A stretch of 64,000 nucleotides of DNA from Takakia lepidozioides (taxonomy: Eukaryota; Plantae; Bryophyta): contig CM060731.1 of NCBI GenBank assembly GCA_030704615.1, positions 46,624,001 through 46,688,000 of the forward strand, read 5' to 3'. A model generated the notes under the pieces. The model was not told the DNA's origin, did no database searches, and saw only the letters and a program-made list of their open reading frames with translations. This document shows positions 22,223 to 35,070 of the stretch, piece by piece. Position numbers and translations under genes: made by a program. Each line of letters starts with the position of its first letter. Position 1 is the stretch's first letter.

Positions 22223-25200
22223 ATGGATCAGGAAGCAATGGACGGAGAGTCCGGGGTCCTTGAAGAGCGACAAAACGGTCACATTAGTCCAGCATTAACA
22301 AGAGGAGAGGTGGGTATTGCTGCTTCCAGGGAACAAAATGGACATGCAAATCCAAAATCAGAAAAGATCGGTACGTTCGGGTGGTGGAAGGATGTGGTGA
22401 ATGTCAGCATTTGGCATGGGGGCTCCTGGTTCGATGCGTGGCTAAATGCAGCTGCTGCCCAGGTATTCCCTCTCTTTCTGTGAAGTGAATGTAAGTATGT
22501 TGGACATTTCGTTGTTGAGATTTGTCAATTTAACAAGGGCTCCAGGAGATCTAGCTCGATCAAACTAAGCGAGATAGTGTGCCCATGAGCATCTCTTACT
22601 GCTAGCTTTAACAGATCGTTATGGCTCCTATCTAAATATTTGCCGCTGGCGAGTAAAACAGTTTTAGCAGGATTTGCCATAGCCCTGTTTGAATCTTGAT
22701 GGATAGCCGTCTCAAGTGTGTGTGCGCCCTTGCACACACAACTTGGCTCATATCTCTAACTCGACCTTAACTCGATGGTTTTGCAGTTCCAATTATCTGA
22801 TATCTGACAATGTGTGCAGATAGGGTCTACAATACTCACATTTCCGTACACATTCTCTCAAATGGGATACAAGTATGGAATAAGTTTTCTGGTCATCTAT
22901 GGGGCATTCGGCTGGTGGACAGTATTTTTGCTGAACTGGATGTATTCAGAGCTCAAAAACCGCAGGATAAATCTGGGTACCATCCATAATGGTCACATTT
23001 TACAAGTACTTCACAGTGACACTAAACCCCTCTCTCTCTCTCTCTCTCTAGATCTAAAATACCATTTCATTTCTCTCTCACACACATGAACAGTTTTGTT
23101 TCATACATCCCTGGCTAGAAAATCGCTATTCCAGTAGCCTACCCGCTCTCCAAAAGGCTTGGATTTGAGATGAAAAGCCTGACCAATAAAAGAGGAACAT
23201 TCAACACCTGGTTTTGGGTGGTTTTTCTATGACCACAGCTGACCAGGATCTTGAGCTCCGAAAACCCTAAAATATTGAATCTACGATGTAAATATTGCAA
23301 GCACAGATTCTGTAGATCCGGTGTTTTCAAAAGCGCCAGTTTGCACATTCTTCATTTGCACATATATTCGTTGTTTTCACCTCATCAAAGTACAAAGTAT
23401 ATCTAGATTGTGCATTGAAAGACATAATGATGGATGTGATTTCAGATTCAGGCCCAGTGTCAGAATCTCTGAGGTGAGTTGCCAGCAATTAGAACTTGTG
23501 ATATTGCAACTGAAGACTGTTTGCTAACGTACGAGCATCTTCTCGGACTTGTGGAGACATGTGCCGTTGGTTTGATGTTGCTTTGTGCAGTATCATGAAG
23601 TGATAGGAGGGCTGACCGGGAAGTGGGGCCATTATGTCACCAAGATATTCATCGTCTTATCTTTAACGTTTGCTTGCACTTTGCAACTGATCGCCTGCTC
23701 TAGGTACATGAGCTACACAGACCACACACCTTTGGGAGGTAAGTCCAATGGGTAGTTGGGGGGGGGGGGGGGGGGGGAATAGAGACACCATGGATGGTGC
23801 TCAAACTTGCTGAAGGTGGTTACATCGACTAAGTAATAATGTCTAGTGGTTTATCTGCAGCGAGAATTCTCTTATGGGTACTAATCCCCTCTCTGGGTGG
23901 TCTGGCATTTCCTAGTTCATCAAGGTTATGATGGGTTTTGGTTTATATCAATTGAAATTCAGTTCTTGGGCACCTTCTGTGACATCCTCCCAACAAGAGG
24001 GGCTGCTCAAGAGCTGAAGCGAGCTTGCAACTGGTCTCTTTTGCAATTGCAGTGACATGTATTACATGGACTCAAGATGGAACAAGCGACAATGGACCTA
24101 CTTGTTCGGTGCGGTGGCTCTGCTCTCCGTCCTCATACCCACGATGCACAACTTCCGATTGTTTTCCTTGATTGGCATCCTCACCACTACCTGGACCTCC
24201 GCCTACATGACAACAGCCGCCTTGAAACATGGGCAGGTACTATCGCAATTCTGGGTCTCATGAATAAACGGGTCCCATCTACGTCCTCTAGAGAGAATCG
24301 CTGCTGTGTACACGCTGTTAGTACTCGAGTTCTGTGCTACTGGAAATGCTGGGTAGTGAAAGTGAGTGGTGGACCAGATTAATTATAGACGAAAGTTATA
24401 GAAGAAAGTGAACCAAATTACATAAGCTTGAAAAGGCATGAAATCAAACTTAGGGCAGATAAATGCAGTGTAGACTTCCTGGTCAAGTTTGGTCCCAAAA
24501 TCTCAGGTGCTGTTTGGAAAAGTGTACTGTAACTTGCACGCTTACTGGTTTCATTTGCTTGCAACAGATTTCAAACGTAAAGCATACGGCGCCCAATAAC
24601 ATGGTGCAGTTCTTCGCAGGCGCCACTAACATTCTCTCTGTCTTCGGTAGCCATGGTATCTGCGTGTAAGTGTCACTCGACTAGAGCTCAGAATTGTGCC
24701 CTGCAATATCGTAACATTTGCGTTGTCATGGAGAATGATCAGTGCTTGGCAAGACATTCATTCAACTTAAAAAAGGCTTAAACGTGAGTGTTCGTAAGTG
24801 TCTAAGTACTGTCGCTGACAATCTCCTTGCGATGCTGAACATTGTTGGAAGTTACAAAGAAGATAGGACTTCTAAGTTCTTGTTAGAAATTGGAAAGCTC
24901 CTCCTTGGTCTCTCCTCTGGTTAGAGCGCTTGACATCACCAAACAAACTCTGGGTCCTGCAGAGAAATCATGGAGGCCATGTGGCAGCCAAAGAACTACA
25001 AATTTGCTTACTTTTTTGCGGTGGCTTACACATACCTCTTGACCGTCCCGGACTCCACTTCTGTCTACTGGGCCTATGGCGACTACCTCTTGACACACTC
25101 GAATGCATTCAGCGCCTTGCCTCCATCAAAAGAGCGCAATGTTTCAATCATTGCAATGATAGCTCATCAGGTGAGCTTCGATCCTTCAAATTCATGCCTA

Positions 25201-26109
25201 TTAACGTACACACCTGTGTCTTACTGCATAATGCAGCTCTGCTGTTCCTGATCTTAAAGTCGTGACCCACATAAAACCAACAATATATGGGCTTGAACCA
25301 GCGGGTCTGTCAGTGAAGATAGTTCTTGTGAAAGACACCTGTGAAGCAATATCCCCGAGGGTCAAAAGAATGCCTCTAGACCCTAGATTAGAGAAAATCT
25401 TGTGACAGTTTATTGTGACCATTTCATCCGGTGCCTTTGGGTCATCTCCAATTCGAAAGTGCGACTTTGCTGCAGTACGTAGCATTCATGCTGAACGTAA
25501 CCCCTCTATTCCATATCTGGGAGAAGACAATCGGCCTTCACACCTCCAGCAACTATATGCTCAAGTCGGCTGTCCGAATACCAGTCGTGTTGGTAATGTG
25601 GTTTCTGGCGCTTGCGATGCCTTTCTTTGGACCTATCAACTCCATGTTCGGCGCCTTTGTCATCTCATTTTCTGTCTACATGATTCCAAGCTTCGCTTTC
25701 ATCTACGTGTATCGCTCTAAAGAAGCTCGAAAGGTAACTCTCTCAACACCTGCGACCTCAGGATTCTATCTGATTCCATATCGGGGATTCAATGTGCCAT
25801 GGTTGGTTTTGATTGATCATACATTGCCCATTAAATCGTTCCAAGGAAAGCTTTCTAATAGATACTCACAGCGATACTGCTTTGCAGGCCTCTGTGTGGC
25901 AGCCGCCGCCGATGCTCCGGAATTGGTTCACCATATTTTGTATCAGCACCTTTGTGGGTGTTTTCGTTACTGTCGTTGGCGTAGGTTTGGGAGGCTGGGC
26001 AAGCTGCACCAACTTCATTAGGCAGATCCACACATTTGGATTCTTTGATGCCTGCTACCAATGTCCCACTTCAGCTAAAGCGTCCTCGTCATCTCCGAAA
26101 GCATTGTAA
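22223..26109 (+). CDS. AUX1/LAX-like auxin influx carrier (AAAP family), 8 exons, ~502 aa
   Basis: Exons 22223-22462, 22820-23005, 23591-23703, 24053-24236, 24568-24665, 24963-25170, 25476-25733 and 25888-26109 join in frame (1509 nt) with GT-AG introns. AUX1/LAX motifs WHGGS.DAW, KRxWTYxFGA, IPxxHNxR, GATNIL..FG.H, EIM.AMW.P, PFFGPINS and FG.F..CYQC. Confidence 0.92.
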
Positions 26110-27059
26110 ATTAAGCTCTAAGACCAAGACCAGTGACGAGGGGAGATTATACATCCTCTTCTAGATTTACACCACAGCCTCGAGTTTACTTTTGAAGATG
26201 CGGCCACATACGGACCCGAAACTTCCGACGCCTGGATAGTCCTAGCCGTGGGCATGTACTTCCATCCCAGAAGCTTTCTTGGACCGAGTCATTCGATCCT
26301 CTCAAGCATGAATGGAACGGGTTGACAAGAATAGTGGAGAAAGGACGAGCTACAATCCATTCTACGAGCTTAGGTCAGTTCCAACTTTGGAGACATCCTC
26401 ACGAGATCGGCACCATCAACAAGAGAGAAATCAGTACACTCACGAGTAATTTCTCCCTCATTTATGGTCAAGCTCCTCCGTATCATTGTTGCTGAGAGCT
26501 TAGTTGCTGCAGGGGAAAGCGAAAATTTCTATCATCTGAAGCTGTGGAGCCGTTCTCATCACTTCTGCTATCAATCCCACCATAGCCCTGAATATTAGTA
26601 GTCCCTATTTTGTCCTATATCTTGTTGGCCCGCTTCCCATTGCGGTTCTCCCCGCTATTGGCCTGTTGCAACTTGACAGTCAAGTGAATCCCATCCATGT
26701 CCTCCACACTGTCATGCTTGGCAGAGTCGCTACATCGAGATGAGCCTCTCTTTTAAGTTGGCTCGGTAACTGTGGGGTTTGTTATGATCCACAAACCCAG
26801 ACCAAATAATGTCACAAGGCTGACACTTACTTAACACAGACAAACTCAGCACAAAAGAACAGTTCCAACTATTTACTTTGGCTCAGCTATTTGCTTAGAC
26901 CTGATATAATGTGTGGCTATGCTTGACCAAAAAAATGAGCCTTTCACTGCTATCTGCTCATGAAAAGCCTACTCTGTACAAGCTTTGCTAAGCATCCTAT
27001 CTTTGAGACGGCAACTTTGGTCATGATAAATTCTATGCTCATGTTGCAAATTCTGCACC

Positions 27060-27450
27060 ATATGTAGCAGCCACTGTTCATTCACTCTCCTGGGGCACTC
27101 AAGTCTACAAAGGATATTGTCTCTTGTCCATCATTAGCCTCTTCACCAAGCAGGACATTACTTTTGGGCCATAGCAATCGGACTCTTATCTAGAAGATTG
27201 CCATTATTATCAAGTACAAGATCAAATCAGGGAAGTCAAGGGTTTCAAGAATTATGCCACTGACATACTCTTCATGTGTGATAAGGTTAGGAAAATTGAA
27301 TTTGTATATTACCGTATAAGAACAAAGGGGTTGCCAAATCGCCTTGATCTATTGGAATGACTTTCGGTATCCAGTACCATGAATCGATACTCGTCCACTT
27401 TCATGGAAGCATGTGGACCCCTTTGCACAATGGAGAACCATTTTCACAAT
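27060..27450 (-). mobile_element. CACTA/En-Spm transposase relic (DUF4216-like), duplicate of part of 31655-32070
   Basis: High similarity to 31655-32070 (KWFSIVQRG.HASMKVDEY.F). Confidence 0.6.
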
Positions 27451-27999
27451 ACAAGTATTCACTTAACTCCTATAGGACCAGCTAAAATCCAACACTTTTG
27501 GACAAAAAGTGTATATACCCTGCGTTGCCAAGCTGTATCTTCCTACCCCCATACATCCATATGGATGAACCGTACAATGTCATCCCCACTGACGATTTGA
27601 CCGTCGCAAATGGGATATTATAGCAAAAGAATGTGGCCTAAATTGAAAAACAAATTACAAACCCCATGACAAATGTTGGTTTGACCATTGCTTTTTGGCC
27701 TTTTGCAAACTTTTGGTGAGTGATTGACCTGGATTTCGGGCATATTCCAGGTGCTCTTTGCAAATACCATACTGAACTACCAAAATTATAGGGGGGGTGC
27801 TTTGTATGTGAATTATTGGTGGTAAATTGGACCAAAGTTCCTCTACTGAGCCCAAGGCCCCTAAATGCCCACAAAAACTAAATTGACTGCAAATTCCTAG
27901 GGTGATTGTATGCACCATTCCACAGCAAAGGTCACTGCCAAAAAACAATTTCCTTCAGAGGAAATTTCACTGAAACTGAGTGGGATGTCGTCGGTGGGG

Positions 28000-29900
28000 T
28001 AGATGTGTAATAACAGGAGCAAATTTCAGGCTGAGAGGGTGATCAATCAATGCCAAACTTTGCGGGCAGGGGGCATAATAAGACAGATACCAGTGGCTCG
28101 AGAGTGGGAGAGAAACAGAGTGCCGGGAAGAGTGCTGACTTGCAGTGTGGTAGGGTGCAGAGATGCTCAGCCTGATGAGCTATACTAGCTGAGGAACCGT
28201 TACACTGGGGATTTTGTGAGATCAGTGCAATCTTAAGATACGTCCCGTAGGTAGCTTGAAGGCAGAGAGCATCTAGTAGAGTGGGTAGGAGGGTACCTGG
28301 AAGTGAATTAGTTGAGGGGAGAGGGGAAGTGGTAGATGGGGGCTTTGGCAGGCGGGCGGGCTGGTTCAGTGTAGCACCTGATGAGTGAGTGCTGACCCTG
28401 ACAACTCCATGGCTGCTGAGGGCTGGTAGCTGGAGATGGTGAGTGGCAACCATACAGGGATAATCGTGGACAAGTCTGTGCATCCATTGTTGTGGCAGCC
28501 AGCTATGTTGGGCAGTTCCTGGGGGATGTTTGTTGTGGTGGCCGAGCGGGGGTCTCTGTTGTGCGTGCCAGAACGAGACGTTCGTGAAGCCCACTAAGCT
28601 CGACCATTGCAGCACAAGCATCAGTGAACATCTCTGCAGAACAACATTGTTTGCCGTGGGGGTAACTGCACAAGTTCCATCAAACAATTTGTGGAAAGAA
28701 CGGATATCCAGAGCCGTTGGTGTTAAGGATGTAACATTATGCTGACTAAATTCTAGAGTAGAATTACTGTAGTTAGCTATCAGAATTATGGTGGTCGACA
28801 ATCGATCAGCAGAAGTCAGAAGGTGAAGGGTAGGGTACTGTCTCACAAACTACAGCAAATTGCTTGGTGATGCGGTGGGCACTCGATCAGTAGCCTCTGG
28901 ACAACGGCCACAGCCTGATAGGAAGTCAAGTTGGCAGAGAGGCCCAGGTGCCCCGTTTGCCAAAAAGACTTCTCCCACAGCCCCTAGCCAGCGGTGGGTA
29001 TCCAGGTAGTGTCACAAAACTCGGGCCCTTGCTGAGTATCTACCTTTAAAGAGCTCAGGGGACTGGTCTCGTTGTGACTCCCAGCCGTGGGGGTTTCAGC
29101 GGTGTACTCGTATACAACAAGTGTCTTCAAATGTGTGTAATCTCCTATCGCTGAAGCCAATGAATCACTCCATACCTTCCTCAGTGACCATTGTGGAAAG
29201 GTGGGGTGGTGTAGATACGACTTCATTGGTGGACTTCTTATTTTTGACAAGCGGGCAGCTACTGCAGATGCTAACTTCAACATGTTGAGAATGTCTCTGT
29301 AGGGTCTGAGTAAGGGCTTCTGTTCGGGCGTGCCTGCAGATATATGACGACTTGCGTAGAATCCCGAGGTGGGAAGCTTCATGTCAATCCAGGGTCTGTG
29401 AGTAGGGCAGCAGCCCTGGTCATTTGGTAGGCATTCAGTAATCTCCATCAAGACGCTGCGAGACGAAGTTGTTTGATCCCTTCGTTGTAGATAAGTCGGG
29501 CGCCAAGCTGAGGCGGTGTCCCACGCAAGCACCATGAACTCCACTTGAGGGTGCGGGCGGGCGGATAGCTTGGAGTGAACAGCCACTGAAAAAAGGAGAC
29601 TAAGAAAACAACATGAAAGAGCTAAGGAAAGATAGTTGAAAGGGTGCTTATGAAGAGGGTTGATAGTGCTGAGTTGGTAGAGGGAAGAAGAGCCGCAATG
29701 CAGATGCGCAGCAATACGACGAGGTGAAGCACACACCATGGCGGGTGTCGTAGCTAGAAAGAAAGAGAAGCTTAAAGCAGCGGTACTACTAAAAATTTAG
29801 AGAACTGAGACTGCAAAATCGAGAAGATGGCGGAACGCTAAAATTTAGGCATAACTACAGGCATTAGCTACGGCTGGCGACAGGAGAGCGGAGCTCCGCC
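28000..29900 (-). mobile_element. Highly degenerate non-LTR retrotransposon (RT relic, possibly CRE-like)
   Basis: Minus-strand GAVGEVFL (cf. RPIAVGEVxRRL), QFAVVCETV (cf. QFGVG..GGCE) and ALDIRSF (cf. LDxxNAF). Many frameshifts. Confidence 0.4.
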
Positions 29901-29939
29901 CCCCCCCCCCCCCCCCCCCAGCGTCTCGTGTGATCAATC

Positions 29940-31652
29940 TCAATCTCCATTATTTAAGAATTCAACATAATTGTGCACACTGCCTCGTTGTTCCAGATTC
30001 CACAATTTCATTCGAGCAGTTGTAGCCGCATCCATTGCCTTGACTTGTTGGAGCAATCCCGCTTTCAAGGTGCTCCATAGCAAAGATTCTTCTTTCGCGG
30101 TCACTCTTCTCTCCCAAGTCTGTAACCATGTTGAAGCATTGTCGAGTAGAAAAGAGCATATGAACATTCCATGGTCCAAATCGCTTGATGTAGGGAAGTA
30201 CGATAGATGCACCTCCATTCGATAAATCCACCCTTCTAGCACTCCCATGACGCGACTTCTTTTGTACGACTCGACCTTGCATGTCTTGGTCATCTTTTGC
30301 AGTAATGTATCCGACCCGCCAGTAACAAGTCCCGGGGCGGCTGATTGTCTTATTTGTTTAAGCTCCTTCATCAATATATTGTTTTGTTGTTGGGTCGTGA
30401 CAAGAGCATTCTGCAAGTCGTGTAAGCGCTCCAATATCCACACTGGCTGGTCATTGGCTTGATGAGTACTAATGTGTGCGTTGTCCACCATTTCTTCGTT
30501 GTCCACCATCTTGCTCCACTACTCCTTGCTTCGTGATGTTTGTCTTCCAAGATTGTATACTATATTTATTCTCATATCTTAATATAGTATGTAAATTGTA
30601 CAATCCCAAACCATCTCGTACGTGACTATTGGTAATACAAAAGGAACGTTTGAACCCATGACAAGGTTCATGAATTCTACTCCAAATTCTGCAACTAAAA
30701 ACCTTACAAGATGATGTTTGTCAATGGCCCCTACATTGATACTGAATACGTTTGGCGGTGGAAAATTAGGCGGTAGGTATCTACCTCGCTCCATGGGCTA
30801 TGTATATACACATATGTATACCCTCCAATTTCTAATTATAGGAAAGACAATAGGTCGTGGATCTTGTAACACTTCTTGACATCGTTTTTTTCCAAATCTC
30901 TGTACTATCATATCTCTAATCTCTGCCTTACAATGACATATAATTTTAAATTCACACTCCGAAGGAAAATCACTAACAGGGGATCGATTTAAGTCCATAA
31001 AATTTTATCCTACTGTTAACACACCATCACTACTACATATTATTGCATCCCTCAGATAAATTGACAACCATAAAATAAAACATCTTAATCACACTCTCCC
31101 AAAGAGGGTATTTACTCTTAACTTCAAGAAATACTAGGCTATGATACCATTGTAACACCCAGGATCCACACATACTATAATTGAAGTGTTTGTCAACTTT
31201 TTCCCAAAACACTCGATGCCTTCTAGGCTTTCATTGCAGGTTTATATACCCTTCATAATATGATTATTTTAAAGGTTTGACTTGAGAGCCTCAAGTCAAA
31301 ATTTCCTAAAGTCAACCTTCTTAGGTTTGACATATTCTCTACAATATGACTTTATCAAAGATTTGACATATTCTCCACAATAGTTGATATCAAAGTCATA
31401 TTCAAAATTAAAGATCAATATTCACAATTGAAGATCACATTCATATGACAATTCACAATTGTCATATCAAAGTCATATTCTCCACAATATGACTTTATCA
31501 AAGATTTGACCTACTCTCCATAATATGAATATCTTATAGGTTTGACTTGAGAGCCTCAAGTCAAACTTCTTAGGAACCTTCCTAATTATTCTGGAAACTT
31601 CTATGGAACTTTCTTCCTCCATCTAGAATCTTCCAGATTCTACCCTGTTACA
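29940..31652 (-). mobile_element. 5' end of a Ty3/Gypsy element: LTR (31151-31652), Met-type PBS and truncated gag (29940-30509)
   Basis: LTR is bounded by TGTAAC...GTTACA. Minus-strand PBS TGGTATCATAGCC lies just inside. The ORF has retrotransposon-gag features (LEGWIYRME...FLLDNASTW...W..LK..L...ARMKLWNLEQRGSVHNY). Confidence 0.75.
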
Positions 31653-31654
31653 CA

Positions 31655-32650
31655 TATGTAGCAGCCACTATTCATTCAAACATCAGTGATGGGCTCTCCT
31701 CGGGTACTCAAGTCAACAAGAATATTGTCTCTTGTCCATCATTAGCCTCTCACCAAGCAAGACATTACAACTTTTGGGCCATGGCAATGGGACTCTTATC
31801 TAGAAAATTGCATCTATTATCAAGTACACTTCAAACCACGGAAGTCAAGGGTTTCAAGATTATGTCGTAGTATAGGCTTCCACTGACATTCTCTTAATGC
31901 GTGATAAGTTTAGGAAAATTGAATTTGTACATATAAGAACAAAGGGGTTGCCAAATCGCCTTGATATTGGAATGACTTTCGAGGTATCCAGTAGCGTGAA
32001 TCCATACTCATCCACTTTCATGGAAGCATGTAGACCCCTTTGCACAATGGAGAACCATTTGCACAATACAATTACTGCCTTAAAGCATAAAAAATCAACC
32101 TCATTAATCTTCTCAATGCAACCGACATTGTGTAGGTTATTAGTATCTATGTTTGTGTCCTTCATGCTTGACAAACATAGTCCAGGTTATTAGTAATTAT
32201 ATTTGTGTCCTTCACCAACATAGTCCAGGTTATTAGTACTTGTATTTGCATCCTTCATACTTGACCGACTTTCAACCTCGAAGGTTGCCATCGGAACTGA
32301 ATCATAAGTAATCTTCCCTTCATCAAAGTCACGAGTGCACCATGTAGTGTTGAGTGTCAACCCACATGCTCCTACACCACATCACATACTCTGGGTAACC
32401 TATGGATAGGTCACAAACGTTCTCATCAACATCTTTGTTCCAAAATCGCTCTATAGGAAACCTTCGTCTACTATGGATCACCCCACAAATAGACAACTCA
32501 TCTACTAGGTGATACACCAAGTGTACGCTGACATTGAACATGCTAGGAAGAAACTTTTTCTCCAAAACACACAATGTTTCAGCTATGTCTATCAGTTCAG
32601 CACGAGGTTCAGTAAGGAACGATGAGGGATCTAGATGCTAACAAATCCAT
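31655..32650 (-). mobile_element. CACTA/En-Spm transposase relic (DUF4218 and DUF4216 regions)
   Basis: LEKKFLPSMFNVSVHLVYHLVDELSICGVIHSRRRFPIERF is typical En/Spm DUF4218. It is followed by LCKWF...VDEYGFTLLD (DUF4216). Confidence 0.75.
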
Positions 32651-33335
32651 GAGAAAAAATCGATTACGGGCCGTTGCAACTAAACCATAGCGCAACATCG
32701 TCTGTCTTAGCAAACCAAAACGCAGGGGAACTCGTGCTTGATTCCTATTCATAGCTTTTTTCGAGCATAAAAAAAGATCACAACCAAGAGTATGTGTGTT
32801 TTATGACTCATGTGTTCTCTTTGAAACTGCATTGAAACTACCTGAAAAATATACTTGGAAATATGATACTGCTATGTTATTGTATGTGCATAATTTAACG
32901 CACAGATTTAAGATTAAGAGTTTTTGAGGACTAGAAGAGTCAAGTTGTATGTAGACAATGCAAAATTAGGATCATTTGTTACAGATTCTGCGAAACAACG
33001 ATACAACGACCGGTATAGTCTGCAAATGGAAGTGTCTGCGACGACCATGAAGACAAGAGAGTTCAGACGTCTATGGGACTAGGTTACATGCGAAGCACAA
33101 CAATTTTAAGTTCAAGCATCTAGGGGTTTGTTATACGACTACAGACAACGGCATATATGTGTCCCGCCTCAACATCTAATCACAATCAAATCAAAGGCAA
33201 GACAAAAAGCTTACCATCAAAGACAAAATGCTTGATAAACTATTATTTAAACGACACAGTTGACAGTTGCAGACCATAAACAAGAAAATGTTAGGCAAGG
33301 TAAATGTCAACAAATTATAAAGATACATTGGTATC

Positions 33336-35070
33336 TGTTAGAGGGCTGTCTGGGACTTAGACAGTTTTACGGGTTATGTGGGGTACCCTTAATTTTGCGC
33401 AAACCTACGGTGGTAGACCCAGACCAATACAGACCTTAGGGATGGTAGACAGGCTCACACAATCAGTCACAGCTTGACATAGCCTGTCACAGCCTTACAC
33501 AGACTAACACAGCCTAACACAGTCAGTCACGGCCTATCATAGTCTATCACAGCCCAACACAGCTAGACACAGCCCGACACAGCCAGTCACAGTCTGACAC
33601 GGCCAGTCACAGCTCGGCACAGTCATAGCCCGATACAGCTTGGCACAGCCCGTCACAACATTCACAGGGAACGGTTATCATTGGCAAGGAATGACTGTGT
33701 GGGAACGAAATCTGCAGAGGGAACGTGCGTACTGTCTTGGATGACAGTTAGTTAGTTAGGCGGTTAGAACAGCTTGCAGGTAGAATAGGCAGAGTAGCGA
33801 CATGGAGAGGGTCACTTTCGGAGATCACTTCTGGGAGGAGGAAGCATCAAGGGGAGCACGATCTTGAGCCCAGGAATGGAGAGTGCGGTGAAGGAGGAGA
33901 GACGATCTGTTGATGCTTGATACATGCAAGCTGTAGAGATGTACTGTAGAGCAGATTAGAGACACCATGGCTTCGGCCTGAAACATGATAGATATTAATA
34001 TGATTCATATTTCATATTCACACCGTGTAGAGAGATATGAGTGAAGTTGTGGAATGAATGCTTGAGTAAATGGAACATGGAAGATTGCAGAAGCAATCTG
34101 ATACTTAATCACACACATTAAGGTAACTTGCTAACATGAATGCGAGAAGGAATACAAATAGGAAGCACCCCCATGATACTCTAGTTGTAGGTCATGACTG
34201 ATTGTTCTAAGCGGGCTGAGTGCTTAGAGATTTCCACCTCTTCTATCTTGGAGTTTCCACCTCGGATAGCTAAGGGATGGGTGAGTAAAAGTCGCTCGAC
34301 ATTTGGCGACCATATTGGGGAACTGAGTCAAGAACAACCAGATGTGACAGGCATCTGGTGGGATCATGGTGGATGGAGAATCAAGGAATTTGATGTGAAT
34401 CAAATTCCCTGTGAAATTGAGAAAGAAAGATTGTCCAAACAATTCTTTCAGAGGTTCTTGGAATTGCCAGACGGTTGCAAGGAAAACATTCTTAAGAGAG
34501 TGCATGATGCTAATCCAAAGTGGGGTCTGGAGAAAGGAGTGATAAAGATTTATCAAGTGGCCTGTAGAGGGAGAGCAAGTTGGTTACCAACACTGGTTTA
34601 TGTGATAGCATTGTCATCCATTAAACGAGTGGAGTTTGAAAGCTGGGAGGAACAGAAGGTGAATGTTTACACTCACATGCATCAAGAACTTGTACTGAAA
34701 ATAGTTGGATTCCTAAGGATATCTTGTGGATCAAACTTACACCAAGAACAACTTTTCAGACGTGCTTGCCATATGGTTAGATGATTACGGAGCCTTCTAG
34801 TATAGCCAAGGGTGCATTAAAGCTTGAAAGAAATCCAGGCTTATACGAGAGATATTACAGGAGAGAGTTTTGGTTACTGCCTTGTTAAAGATATGAAAGA
34901 CATGGGACATGAGTGATGATTGGAGGATTCAATTAAAGTAAGGAAACATGAACTATATCATGTGGAAGAAGTATGTGCTGATGTGGTAGATAACATGGCC
35001 AGAATTCAGATGAAGGGGAAAGATCAATTTGATGAAGGTAAATTGAAGACTTTTAAGATAGGTGATTTGG
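33336..35070 (+). mobile_element. 5' LTR (33336-34301), PBS and truncated internal region of an Ogre/Tat-like LTR retrotransposon
   Basis: TG...CA-bounded LTR homologous to 56033-57094 (reverse complement), with CACAG tandem repeats. The PBS TGGCGACCATATTGGGGA resembles the tRNA-Arg PBS used by Ogre/Tat elements. Confidence 0.75.

Noticed and set aside
23758-23777. Poly-G run (and poly-C at ~29898-29919) as G-quadruplex elements
   Set aside because: Simple homopolymers with no evidence of function; their lengths are error-prone.
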